A stretch of DNA of 61,337 bases, from positions 1 through 61,337 of the forward strand of contig QPMI01000327.1 in assembly GCA_004431415.1 (NCBI GenBank). Direction: 5' to 3'. Below the pieces are notes generated by a model. The model was not told the origin of the DNA and made no database searches. It worked only from the letters and a program-made list of their open reading frames with translations. Position 1 is the stretch's first letter. Each line of letters opens with the position of its first letter. A program made the translations under genes and the position numbers. Shown in pieces: positions 25,914 through 38,393 of this stretch. The stretch is from Cyanophora paradoxa CCMP329. Lineage: Eukaryota; Plantae; Glaucophyta.

Positions 25914-26513
25914 TGTCGGACCGCCACGCGTACGCAGCTACCTGTCCCAGTGTCGCCTGCTAAGCTTTTACTGAAGCACTCACTCTAGATAGGCTGAATC
26001 AGCCGCTTATCAGCGCCGAGAAGCGGCCAAATCGGACGAAGTCGCGACGTTCTCTGCAACTAAGCCGCTGGGCACACTCGGGCCCCGGGGGGCTGCGCGA
26101 TGAGCCCCGTTTCCACTTCTGAGGCTTAGCTAGGGCCTGAGGCCGCTCAGCGTGCTAGCTATGTGTACGGAGCTCCGATCAAGCCTGCCTGCGAATTCGC
26201 GTATCCCCCCAGGCCGTTTGGCTTGTTTTGCAATTGGCCCGGTGGCTTGGGCCGCGGCTTGGCTGGTAATTGGCTTGCCAAGTTGCCTGCAGCTAGCTCG
26301 GCTTGCCCAGGCTTCCTCTTTTCGCCTTGAGCTGCAGCCTAGGCCTGCAGGGTGCCTCTTTATCCCATAGGTACGAGCATCTTGCGTTCAGACGCGCCAC
26401 AGCACAAAACCCGGGATCTCAGAAGTATGGAGACTGTAAAAACACTAACTAAAGCGCCCCCTGACTCGTGCGGTGCATCACAACGTCAATTCAGTGCCTG
26501 CGGAGCAGCGCGC

Positions 26514-28179
26514 TCAGAAATGCCGCAGAGGGGAGGCCACCAGGCCCAGGCGGGGGAAAACGCACGCGGAGCCGGGGTTGCCGGGGGAGTTGGCGGCGGG
26601 GGCGGGGGCGGGGGTGGGGGTGCCGTGCGGCTCGGCGGCGGCGGCGGGGGCGGCGGCGGCAGCTGACTGGGTGCCGAGGGCGTGGCGCTCGGCCTCAAGG
26701 CGGGCGATGACCTGGTTGTAGATGTGCTCGTGGTGCGTCGCGAAGAGGTACGTCCGCTCCTCGTCCGCCGGCTGGATCACGCCCACCTGGCCCGGCCCTC
26801 AGCGGGGGCGGCCTCGGAGGGGCGGGGCGGGGGCGGGGGCGGCGCGCCCGCTCGCGGACGAGGATCTCGAGGGCGAAGTCGACGCCGGGGTACTTCTTGG
26901 GGACGATGTCCCGGATGCCCCGCAGCCCGAAGAGCTCCTGCGCCCCCGTCACCCCCGGCCCGCCGGCGCGGGGCGGCGCGGGGCGCGGACCTTGAGGTAG
27001 CCGCCCTCCTTCTGCTCGTAGAAGGTCGCGTTGTCGATGAGGTACTTCCGCAGGTGCCACTGCTTCCGGAAGCGCCCCTTCCAGATGTACAGCGGCACCA
27101 GCATCGCCTGGAACTGGCCCGCCCCGCCCGCCCCCGCCCCCGCCCCCGCCCCCAGGCTGTTCCGCCCCGGCGACGTGACGGCGGCCTGGTTCGCGAGGCG
27201 CTTCGCGGCGTAGTGGTCCGGGGGCGTGCTCGCGGGGGCGTCCGACGAGAGGCTCGAGGCCCGCAGGCTGCCGTTGCTCGACGGCGCGCTCAGGCCCGCC
27301 GAGGTCGCCGCCGCGCTTGTCTGCCGCCCCCCCCCGCGGTCGGCCGCGCGCCGCCTCACGGGCCGGGCCCGGCGGGGGGGGGGGGGGGGGGGGGGGGGGG
27401 GGCGGGGCACCCTCGGATCCGACGTCTTCACGATGTCGTTGATCTTGTTATCGCGGAGCCACTGCGCGGCCGAGCGCACGTGTGTGTCAGCTGTACGCGC
27501 GCCGCCGTCTGTCGCGTGTGAGTGAGCTGCACCTGCTGGAATTCCTGCGCGCGGGCGTCAGCCACGAGCTGGCAGAAGCGCGGGGCCACGCGCGCTCGGA
27601 CCTGCTCAACGCTGCTGCGGATCTGGAAGCTGTTGCCCGCCTTGTCAAACACGGGAAGCCGCTGGTTCAACCGCCAGCGGAGGTACTCTGCGCGGCGGCG
27701 TTACAGGCTGAAGCGTCGGGCGGGACGGCACAGCGCACCTTCCATGATACGAGCCTCTGCTCTGGCAGCCTCGGGATCGTTGTCCGCGTCCGCTGAAGCC
27801 GTGCTGCGGTTCGAGAGCGGCCCATCGTAGTGCCGCGGGATCTTGGAGTCAACTGCGCGGGGTCAAGACACACTCCGCCAACCCGAGCTCAAATGACGTA
27901 CACTGCAGACAGAACACGACCGTAGCGGGACGAGGCGCAAGCAAAACGCGTTAGCACAGCTACGAGGGCGAGGAGGGAGCTCGCTTGCCTTGGGCGGAGG
28001 AGGCGCGCGGGGCGTATCAACCGTCGCTTCAAGCTCCTGAGCCGTGGAGTCGGTGACAGTTATGAAAGGAGACGCGGGATATACGCTCTTACTTCGCCAG
28101 TACAGCAGCGCCCCACGCCGAACGCGCTGAAGCAGCTCAGCAAACTGGGCACGGCGGATGTGCTTGTATTCGTGGCCAT
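26514..28179 (-). CDS. PH-domain-like protein
   Basis: Spliced exons MATNTSTSAVPSLLSCFSAFGVGRCCTGE|..|LYIWKGRFRKQWHLRKYLIDNATFYEQKEGGYLK|ELFGLRGIRDIVPKKYPGVDFALEIL|..ERTYLFATHHEHIYNQVIARL. Confidence 0.6.
27374..27402 (+). repeat. Poly-G run (about 29 nt) in an intron
   Basis: Homopolymer. Confidence 0.85.
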
Positions 28180-28783
28180 CGGCTTCTGCGGGGATTCGTG
28201 TCCTCGTTAGGGGGACACGCTCGGGTCGAGGACGCGAATCCCCGCGCTAGCTCTGAAAAGCTCGGCAGAATACAGCTATAAACAGCCTAAGAAGAGTAAT
28301 CTCGCACAGGCTATGCAGCTAAGTGCCGAAGGCGAGGGCCGACGACCCAGTGGTTAGGACGCGCTCGGAATGGGGGCAGGCGCTAATGCTCAGCAGACAA
28401 GACACTCGCACGGCACGAACCTGGCCGGACGACTGCCCCGGGAGAGTCGGAACGGCTTGCCTTTGAATTGCTGTACTCCGGCCGGCCTAGAAGGCAGTGG
28501 AAAACCGTTTGAAACGATCGATGAGCGATCTCATATGCATTTGTACTGTGCAATCTAGCTGCATTAGGACAGGAAACGTGCTAGCTAGTACTGCGTAGTA
28601 CTGCCGCGGCGCTGGCATCAATATACACCGTCCGGGCGACAATTGATTAGTCTTATCTACACGCGCTGCCCTTCCCGCCTAGCCTCCGAAAGGCGCAGCA
28701 GCAGGTCCGTGCTGGAAGGGCAGCGCCGGTGAAAATTTCATTCTGGAGCATGAATAAAGAAATTAAAAACAACAGATCCGCAT

Positions 28784-29775
28784 CTAGTGGCCGAAGATGT
28801 CCTGGGCGAGCCCCTTAAAGAAGGCGTCCGTCATGGTGATGAGCATAATCATGAAGAAAATGAGGAGGAAGGACTCCTGCGCGCGCTTGAAAAGCTGGCG
28901 CGGGGTGGCCCACCTGCAAAGAGACGAGAAAGAATTAACAAAAGGAAAAGGGAATGCTCTCTGTTGCAGAATCTACCAAGGACGCACTTCACGGCTTGCA
29001 GCTCGTTGGGCAGCCACACGTTGAACTTCTCGTCCTTCTCGCCTGGGCGAGGGAGCAGCTTCTGCAGATCCACGTCCGCATTCCGGCTGCGGACAACAGA
29101 GCCGCTGAACGACGACTGCTGGTCTTCCGCCGGCGTGGGGACCGGAGCGGGGGTCTCGTCCTCCTCATCGTCGTCGGCGACGATTGGCTCCGCGCGTTTC
29201 CGAGCCGCACTGGTCTGTGCGACGACGGGCTCCGGTTCCGCCTCCCTCTGAACGGCGACTGGCTGGGGCTCCGCCGGGGCTTCCGCCGCCGCCGCCGGAA
29301 CTTCCTCTGCCGCCGCCGGGGCCTCCTGGGGCTCATCCATATCCTGGAGCTGGTAAAGGAGGATGTGAGCGGACGACGCGAGCATGTGGCATGACGCGCG
29401 GTTCTGGTCAGCAGCACGAGATATCAAATGGCGAACCCGCTCGGAACGCCGCCGCCGCACACGGCCCATCATGGTGATCTCATGCGTGTTCGAGGCTGCG
29501 GCGCGCGGTCAGCCAGGCGACTCGAAAGCGGAGCTGCAGATTCATCGCGGCTCACCTGCACGAGGCGTGCGCGCCTGGAACAGGAGGCGGCGGGGCGCGA
29601 GAAAGGCGAAGCTAGGCCTGATCGTCACATCGCCGGTGCGCTCGCTAGGCGACGAAGCGGAGAGAGCCGTCCCCCGTGCGGTGCAGCCGGCGGCCCTCGA
29701 CACGGAAGTCGAAGCTACTGGAGCGAAACGCTGAGCGCTGCAGACGCCGGGAAGCCCGGAAGCGAACGCCGCCAT
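28784..29775 (-). CDS. secE: Plastid-targeted preprotein translocase subunit SecE
   Basis: Spliced C-terminus NELQAVK|[42 protein letters not shown] matches the SecE EL-x2-V-x-W plus single-TM pattern; N-terminal [10 protein letters not shown].. Ser/Ala/Arg-rich transit peptide. Confidence 0.75.
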
Positions 29776-29785
29776 TTTCGACTGC

Positions 29786-29808
29786 CTACCCCCCTGCTGT
29801 CGGGGTAG
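29786..29808. promoter_or_regulatory. Inverted pair of GGGGTAG in the 59-bp SecE/GH42 divergent spacer
   Basis: ctacccc-cctgctgtc-ggggtag. Confidence 0.55.
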
Positions 29809-29834
29809 AGGCACGCTTCCCCCTGCGCGTCGAA

Positions 29835-32800
29835 ATGCACGGCGCGCCCCTCGCGTACGGCGTCGATTACTATCCGGAGCAATGGCCGCGCGAGCGATGG
29901 CCGATAGATGCGCGGGAGATGCGGGAGGCAGGCCTCGGCGTCGTTCGGCTCGCCGAGTTCTCTTGGTGCGCGCGCGCGACGTTGCGTTAGGTCCGGTCAT
30001 GCGCCGGGCCCCAGGCTGGGCGGCGCCCTTGCGCGCTCCGTGGCTCTGCTGCGGGCGTACTTTGGTTTCATTCATTAATTCATATCTTACAGGGCCCTTC
30101 TTGAGCCGAAAGAGGGCGTGTTCGAGTGGCAGTGGCTCGGTCCGGAATGCACCTACCCGCGCCTGCACCGTTGCCCTGAAAGCGCTAGCAGACGACGCCA
30201 TCCGGGTGCTCGCAGAGGAAGGGCTTCAAATCTGCATGTGCACTCCAACGCCCACGGTTCGCTCGCGGCTTGCTAGCGCTGGCTCCTCGTCCCGCGGTCC
30301 TCGCTTCGGCCGACGTCCGGTCCCCCCAACGTCGGCAGCCGCCCGCGTGGCTCACGGCAAAGTACCCGCTGTGCCTTCGGGTGGACAACACGAAGTTCGC
30401 CCGAATGCACCCCCAGACGCGGCGGCACGTCTGCGCCAACGATCCCGACTACGGGCGGCTGGCGGAGAGGATCTCGGAGAGGGTGGCTGAACGGTACGGG
30501 CGGCACGGCGCCGTGGTCGCGTGGCAGCTCGACAACGAGTTCGGCTGCCACGACACCGTTCGCTGCGTCTGCGACCACTGCGCGCGCGCCTTCCGAGCGT
30601 GGCTCCAGGTGCACTCCCGGCTCCCGTCCGCCCGCCCCTTCCGCGTCGGGAACCTCATCTCGGGGCGCAGGAGCGGCACGGTACGCTGGAGGCTCTGAAC
30701 GCGGCGTGGGGCACGGCCTTCTGGAGCCAGTGCTACAACGACTGGGCGGAGATCCTGCCTCCGAGGTAGTCGCGCCCCAGCGCCGCGGACCCCGCTCCGC
30801 CCCACGCTAACGCGGGACCAGGCCGGCGCCGGCGGACCAGAACCCGGGCCTGATGCTGGACTTCGCGCGCTTCTCGAGCGACACCTGGGTGCGCTTCGGG
30901 GCCCGCATGGCCGCCGCCGTGCGCCGCCACAGCGACCGGCCCGTCACCCACAACGTGCCCGCCCCGCCCCTGTGCCCGCCGCGGGGCCGGCCCTTGGGGT
31001 TACGCCCCATCCGCAGGGCATGATTCACTACACGCACTACGACCAGTTCGCGCTGGCGGCGCCCCTCGACTTCTTCTCGTGGGACAACTACCGGCACCCG
31101 GGCGCCTCCGTGCGCGCTCCGGCCCCCGCCCCGGCCCCGCTTCCCGCCCCGCGTGACGCCCCGGCCGGCATCCCCGCGCAGCCGCTGAGCGTCGCGGCGA
31201 ACCACGCGTTCATCTGGGTGCGCGCGCCCCGTCCGCGCCGCCGAGCCCCCGGACGGGCGGGGCGGCGAGCGGGGCGGGGCAGGGTGCGAAGCAGGGGAAC
31301 TTCTGGGTGGTGGAGCAGCAGGCGGGGCAGGTGAACTGGAGCAGGCACAACCCGCTGCTGCCGGACGGCGCCCTCTCGCTCGCCGCCGTGCAGGCCCTCG
31401 CCCACGGCGCCGACGGTCTCCTCTTTTTCCGCTGGCGCCAGGCCCGCCACGGCGCCGAGATGGTCCGCCCCGCCCCGCCCCGCCCGCCCCCGCGCCTCGC
31501 CACGGCCGGCGTGCCTGAGGGGCGGGCAGTACCACTCGGGGCTGCTGGACTTTGCGGGGCGGCCGACGCGCGCCCTCGAGGAGGTGCGGGCCCTCGGGCG
31601 GCAGTGGCCGGCCCTCGCCGCCGCCCTCCGCGGCACCCGCCCCGCCACCGAGGCCATCGCCGTCCTCTTCGACTACGACGGCGCGCCCTGCCCGCTACCC
31701 GCCGCCCCAGAAGCCCCCGCCTGACCCCCGGCCAGGCCACTGGGCGCTGGAAGCGCAGCCGCACACCGACCAGCTCAATTTCGGGTCCTACACCGCCGGC
31801 GGGCCGTGCGCGCCGGGCGACGCGTCTCGCGCCACTGCACCGCGCCGACGCCGACGCAGGGGCTCGGACCCCGTGCTGCGCACCGGGGAGGTGGTCCGCG
31901 AGGAGGGCTTTAACGTCGACCGCCGCCAGCCCCTCGTCACCGGCCCGCCCGGCAACGCCGCCGCCGTCTACTGGTGCCACCCTGGGCCCCCTCCCTCCCA
32001 CCGCCGCGCTGGGCCGACAACCGGGCGGGCGGTGCCAGGATCCACTTCTTCGAGGCGTGCTGGCGGCAGGGGCTCGGCTGCGGCGTGCTCCCCGCGGCCG
32101 GCGAGCTGCCGGCCTCGCTGCGGGTCGCCTTCGCGGCCAACGCGCACGTGGTGGACGCGGCGCGGGCGGCGCGCCTGGCGGCCTTCGTGCAGCGCGGGGG
32201 CGCCCTCCTCCTCGGGCCCCGCTCGGGCTACAAGACGCTCGAGAACGCGCTGCAGGAGGGGCCGCAGCCGGGCCCGCTGGGGGCCCTCGTGGGGGCCACC
32301 GTGCGCGAGTTCGACACGGCGGAGCCCGGCGACCCCGTCCTCCTCGCCTTCGAGGGCGCCCTCGCCGGCACCCCGGCGCTCCACGTCGGCGTCTGGCTCG
32401 AGGTCTGGGAGCCCCACGAGGGCCCCAGGGCGCCGAAGTGCCCCGCCCCCTCCCCGCCCCCTCCCCGCCGCCGACGCCGGGCGCGGCAGGTGCTGGCGCG
32501 CTACGTGTGCCCCGGGGCGCGGCGGCGGCACCTGCACGGGAAGGCGGCCATCGTCTCCCGCCGCGTCGGCGCCGGCCGCGTCGTCGCGCTCGGCTGCTTC
32601 GGGGGCGCCGCCCTCCACGCCGCCCTCCTCCCGCTCCTCGGCCTCCCCGCCGCGGCGCCGCTGCCGCACGGCGTCGAGGCGGCGCGCCGCGGCGACCTCC
32701 TCTTCCTCCTCAACCACACCCCCGAGCCCGTCCCCGCCCTCCCCCTCGACTCCCTCCCAGGCCTCCCCCCGGCCGCCGCCGCCGCCGCCCGGACCCTCGC

Positions 32801-32930
32801 CGCCGACGGCTACTCGGCGCAGCTCGCCGCGGAGGACGATATGCCGGGGTGCGGGACGGCGCTCCGCGAGGGGCGCGCCACCCTCGGGCCCTACGGCTAC
32901 CTCGTCCTCCAGCTCGCCCCTTCCCCCTGA
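29835..32930 (+). CDS. Glycoside hydrolase family 42 beta-galactosidase
   Basis: [28 protein letters not shown]|ALLEP..; [10 protein letters not shown] (acid/base); [29 protein letters not shown]; [12 protein letters not shown] (nucleophile); [29 protein letters not shown]. Confidence 0.95.
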
Positions 32931-33086
32931 CCCGCGCCCCGCTCCCCGCGCCTGTCTGTAGCGCGCCCCTCGAATGCGAGCCGCAAGTGTCCTATGGACC
33001 AGCCTCTCTCCGCGCCCCGCGGATCTGCCTGCCTGCCTCGGCGGGTTCAACGGTTGCACGCACACGCAGGCTACACGGCGGGGCGA

Positions 33087-35443
33087 TCAGCGGCGGTTGC
33101 CCTGGTGGGAGCGCGCGAGCAGGCTGACGAGGCCGAGGACGGCGGCGGCGCCGATGCCGAGGAGCACGAGCAGGTTCGGGCCCCCCTCCTCCTTCTTCTC
33201 CTCCACCTCCACCGCCTTCGGCACGCTCCGCGACACGACCGGCGCCGGCGCCGGCGCCGAGTGAGTAACCGGCGCGCTCCGCGCCGCCGCAGCCGGCGGC
33301 ATCTCGCGCGATGCGAGGGCCGGGGCGGCCGGCTTGGCAGGTGCAGGGGCGGCCGCGGCCGCTGCAGCTGGCTTGGCTGCCGCGGCTGCGGCGCGTGCTG
33401 CGGGGGCGGCGGGGGCTGCGGGCTTGGCCGCGGCGGGGCGGCGGGCTTTGCGGGAACGGGCTCGGGCGCCTTGGCCGGCGCGGGCGCAGGGCCCTTGGCG
33501 GGCGACCGCGGCGCCTCCTTTGCGCTGGGCGCCGGGGCCGCCGGCGTCGCCGCCGGAGCCGCCGCCTTCGCCGCCTCCGCCGCCTTCGCCGGCGCAGCTG
33601 CAGCCGGCGCCACCGGCGCGGCAGCCGGCGCCGCGGGAGCGGCGGCGGCTGGTGCGGGGGCGGCGGGGCGGCCGGGGCCGGGGCTGCGGCCTCGGCGGCT
33701 GGTGCGGGGGCGGCGGGCTTCGGGGCGCCGGCGCCCCACTGCTTGGCGGGGGCGGCGGCCTTGGCGGGGGCGGCGGTGGGGAGGGCCGGCCATTCCTTGT
33801 CCGCGTGGAGGGACTTGTGCTTGAGCTGCTGCGACTCGCAGACCTTGTCGCCGCAGACGGCGCAGGGCTTCGAGGCGGCGGCGTGCTGCTTGGCCGCCCC
33901 CGCGCACGCCGGCTGCTCCCCGCACGACCCGCACTTCTCCGCCCCCTGCTTCTTGTGGTCGTCCAGCGCCTTCGCGCACTTGAACGCCGTCGCGCACCCC
34001 TCGCCTGCACGTGGCCCGTCAGCGCGCCGTCGCGCGGGGGCGGGACTGGGCTCAGCGCGCACATTTCGCCCGCCTGTGCTCGTCGGCCTGCTTGGCGCAG
34101 TGGAAGCGGGCGCCGCAGGGGCAGCGCTGATCGGCGAGGTGCTGCGACAGCAGGCCCATGCACGCGAAGCTGCCCCGCCCCCGCACATGAGAGGGGTCTG
34201 GGGCGGGGCGGGTGCGGGGCGCGGACCCCTCCTTGCAGCCGGAGCAGAGCATGGCGCCGGCGCTGGCGTGGGCGTGGGCGACGGAGGCGCATGCCTGGGT
34301 CAGGCCACAGGTGGTACAGGTCCCGCCCAGGCCCTGGTGCGCCTCCCGCTGCTCGCTCGACGGGAACACGAAGCGGCACACCTGCCGCCCCGCCCCGGTC
34401 GTCGGCCCCCCGCCCAGCACGCTGCGCTGCCCCTGCCCGCTGCGCGCGCACCGGGCAGCTGAAGCCGGGGAAGACGTCCACGATGCTGTACGTGCGCGTG
34501 TCGATCTCCACGACCTTGCCGCTGCGCGGCGGCGGGGCGGCGGTCAGGGCGCGGGGCGCGGGCCGGTGCGGCGGGGGTCGCACGGGAAGCCGCGCTGGAG
34601 GATGGAGACGGCCTCCTGTGTCGCGGAGAGGCCCTTCTGCTGCGCGATATAGATGCGCAGGTCCGCGCCGGACCAGTACACTGCGCCCCGCCGGCTCAGC
34701 CGAGCGGGGCCGGGCGCGAGGGCCCGCGGCGTGGCGCACTGTTGCCGAGCTTGCGGCTGTAGGCGAGCATCGCGTCCTCGGGCGTCGTGTTCTCGGGGGC
34801 CTCCACGATACGGAGCCACGGCTTGCGCGCGTCGGCGACGACGCTCTGGTCGCCCTGCCGCGTGAAGAGATGCGCCTCCAGCTGCCCGTTGAACGCGACG
34901 TCGAAATCGCCGCACACGAAGTTCTGGTCCCAGAGATCACAGCGAAAGATCATCAGTCCGGGACGCGCAGCGTTGCACGCGAGGAGAGCGAGCGCCGAAA
35001 CGTGCTCTTACCGGGTCCATAACGAGGAAGACGATCTTGCTGCGGAGCCTCGCGCATCAGTGCCCGCTAGTCGAAGATCACGAAACCGCAAGCGAACCCG
35101 GGCACTCCGACCACCCGCCCAGAGGCGCTGCTGGCGTCAGACTTGCGCTCTGTCGCGACCCGCGAAGCGAGGCTCGCTGCGAGGCCCAGATCAGACCGGC
35201 GACGGCAAGACGGTCCTATGGGAAGCGCGATCTGCTGCCGCCAGCTCTGAGGACCGGCGCCGTTGGCCGGCTCGAAGACTCACCTTCGAAGGTAGCCAAC
35301 TGCAGCTGTGCCGACGGCATGGTCTCAAGTCCCTTCAGGAGCTTCTCGCTCTCAGCGTTCGGCTCGCGCGGCGTGAAAGCCAACGCATGATGCCGTCCGT
35401 TCGAAGGTCCCGTAGAGTTGTAGCGGGGCTTGTTCCCGGGCAT
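33087..35443 (-). CDS. Unknown protein with tandem C2H2-like Zn fingers, an Ala/Pro-rich linker and a C-terminal tail anchor
   Basis: CP|VCRFVFPSSEQREAH, CPCGARFHCAKQADEH, GCATAFKCAKALDDH, CAVCGDKVCESQQLKHKSLH; ends NLLVLLGIGAAAVLGLVSLLARSHQGNRR*. First exon inferred from ATG 35443 to a GTGAGT donor. Confidence 0.6.
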
Positions 35444-35475
35444 TGCTGCAGCGCGGCTCGAGAATCTCTTCGACG

Positions 35476-35482
35476 GTACCCC
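35476..35482 (-). promoter_or_regulatory. GGGGTAC about 33 nt upstream of the Zn-finger gene ATG
   Basis: gtacccc on the + strand. Confidence 0.5.
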
Positions 35483-35868
35483 ACAGCGGACATGTACCCG
35501 GCATTTCGAGCTTACTGCTGCGCGCTAACGCTGAGGCCATACGCGTTGCGCGTACGCGTTTATAAGCGCCGCGGAGCGTGCGCTACGTCAATGCAGGGCA
35601 CGCGCGCGCGCTCAGCGCGCGGCTCCGAGGCTCCGTCTGAAGAGGCCTGTTGCCTGTTGCGTGGGCTGTCGACGGCCCGCGAGCCGGCCAACGTCGGTGC
35701 GATTCACTTCCGAAGTCCCGAGGGTATTGTACAGCCGGACAATCGCGATGCGCTAAGCTACGTACACGAACTCAACTAAGCTTAAGCTACGCATACTCTA
35801 CCTGCGGTCGACGCCATGCGGGGGGGCCCCTCGGCGGGCCGGGCGCCGGCCTTGCCAAGTGCGCCTGT

Positions 35869-38042
35869 CTAGTCGCTGGCTGAGGCGGTCCAGGACTGCG
35901 CGCGGCGCGTGGCTGGTGAGCGGGCCGACCGCGGGGCGGGGCGCGAGCGGGGCGGGGCGGGGCGGGGCGGGGCGGACGAGGGCGGTGACGGCCTGGAGCT
36001 CCTTGCCCTCGAGGAGCTCGAGCATGGCGCCGCCGCCCGTCGAGATGTGCGTCAGGTACGGCCCGGCCTCGTACCGCTCGCACGCCGCCGCCATGTCCGA
36101 CCCCGCGATCACCGACGTCGCCCCGGCGCCCGTCGCCGCCACCGTCGCGTAGAGCATGGCCTTGGTGCCCCGCCCGAAGCGCTCGATCTCGGCGACGCCC
36201 ATGGGGCCCACCCAGAGGATCGTCTTCGCCCGCCCGATGATCGAGCTGAACTTGGCCGCGCTCTTCGGCCCGATCTGCCCGCCCCCGCGTCAGCCCGAGA
36301 CGCAGCCCCGAGAGGGGGGCGCGGGGCGCGGGCGCACGTCGAGGCCGGCGCAGTCGTCGGGGATGCCCTCCTCCGCCGACACGTAGTGGAGCTGTCGGCC
36401 CCGCCCCGCCCCCGCCCGCCTCAGCGCCCCGCCTCGGTGGCGACGTGCCGGGCCGGGCCCGGGCGGTGTGGGGCGGGCGGACCGAGTCGTCGTGGAAGTG
36501 GGAAGCGCCGTGGAGGGAGCTCTCCGCCGCGTGCCCGTTGCCGTTGCCGTTGCCGTTTGCGGAGCCGTTGCTCTTGAAGATGCTGCCGCCGCGCACCGAA
36601 GCCACGTCCGCCGCCGCCGGCTTCTCCGACGGCAGCAGCGCCTTGTTGCCCACGCAGAAGTCGATCTGCGCCGGCGCGTCGGGGGAGAGGGCCGCACGGG
36701 TGAAGGGAGGGGGAGGGCCGGGGGCTCACGGGCAGGTGGACCTGGACCTCCCCCCGCGAGGCCTTCTTCATGATGCTCGAGACGAGCTTCGCGCCCGTCT
36801 CGTCGTACAGCGAGCCCCCGATCTCCATCCCGTGCAGCTTCTTCATGAACCTGCGCCGAGGGGTCAACCCCCGCCCCGCGCGGCCCGTGGAGGGGTCGAA
36901 CGCGCGTGAAAGCCATGGCGCCGCCGACGATGAGCTCCTGGCAGCGCTCGAGGACGGCGGAGAGGACGCCGATCTTCTCGGCGACCTTGCCGCCGCCGAG
37001 GATGCAGAGGAAGGGCCGCCGCGCGTTCTCCAGGATCATCGACGCCGACTCGAGCTCCCGCTTCATCAGCAGCCCCGCCGCCCGGATCCTGGGCCCGCCT
37101 CAAGACCACGCCCGGCCGCCCCGAGGGCGCCGGGCGGCGGCGCACGGCGACTCGATGCGGACGAGGCTCGCCGAGGGCCGGTGCGCCGTCGCGAAGGCGT
37201 CGTTCACTGCCGCCGGCCTCAGCGCCGGCCGTGGCCGTGGCCGAGCGCGAGGGCGGGCGGGGCGGACCGTAGATGTTGGCGAGGGAGGAGAGCTGGCGGG
37301 CGAAGGCGGCGATCGCCTCCTCCGAGCACGGCGTCACGGCGCCCGTCTCGGGGTCGACGCTCCGGCCCTCCTCCTCGGGGTGGAAGCGCAGGTTCTCGAG
37401 CATGAGGACGGCCCCCTCCGGCGCCTCGGCGATCGCCTGGCGGACCTCCTCCCCCACGCAGTCGTCCAGGAGCCGCACCGGCCGCCCCAGCAGCCCCTGC
37501 AGGTACTCCCTGCCCCCGCCCTCGTCGGCTCGCGCCGGGCCGGGCAGCGCAGCGCGGGGGGCGCATGGGCGAGCGCACGCGACGGTCTCCAGGGAGAGGG
37601 AGGGGACGACGCGGCCGCCCGGGCGCCCCAGGTGGCTCGCGATGATCAGCACCTTCGGCTGCCGCTGCAGCAGGTGCCGAATCGTCGGGAGCGCCTCGCG
37701 AATGCTGCACGGCCGCCAGTGAGCATTGGCCGCAAAGGAAGTCGCAACGGCGCGACTCACATCGACCCATCGGCCACGCTGCCGTCGAACTGAGGGGCGT
37801 CGCGTTAGCAAGCCCCACGCCTGCCTCGATTAAGTTCAACGCACGCGCAGAGGCACGTTGAAGTCGACGCGCAGCAAAACTCTCCTCCCCGTGACCTGCG
37901 CAACCGCTCATGATACCACCCGGCGCGACGCGCACTAGTACTACAAGCCAGCGCGGGCTTGATCAAGTAAGCGCACGTCTATCTGGTCGAGCCCGAGTCT
38001 CCTGTGAAGAAAGCACTCGCTGGCATTCCGAGTGATCGGCAT
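35869..38042 (-). CDS. PGK: Phosphoglycerate kinase, divergent paralogue
   Basis: RVLLRVDFNV; IIASHLGRP; LENLRFHPEEEG; NDAFATAHR; ILGGGKVAEKI; GGAMAFT; GPMGVAE; HISTGGGAMLELLEGKEL. Confidence 0.93.
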
Positions 38043-38393
38043 GATCCTGGAGCTGGCTGCGGTGCGCTGACGGCTGTGCGGGTGAGAAGATCGAACGCAG
38101 ACCTCCTGCTGTTTGAACGGGTTGATGAAGCAAAAGAGCGCGCAAAGAAGAAGTGCGCAGAGTCGCGGCGCCGGCGCCCGCCGCGTAACAGGCGCAGCTC
38201 AGGCACTTCAAACCGCCAGAGGTCGCGGAGGAGCAACCAAACCGCTGCGAACGCAGTCACCCTCTACCCGTGTCGCTCAGACAACTAAGGCCTGCGCAGC
38301 TGCGCTAGCAGCGCTGAGCGCGCTAGCAGCTTGCTTAATGAGCACAAGCAGTGACCTGTGCAGCTAGAACGCAGCGCCGCGGCGTACGCCTCG

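Noticed and set aside
29835-38042. Sugar-catabolism cluster (GH42 plus PGK)
   Set aside because: No transporter or Leloir-pathway genes, and an unrelated gene lies between them
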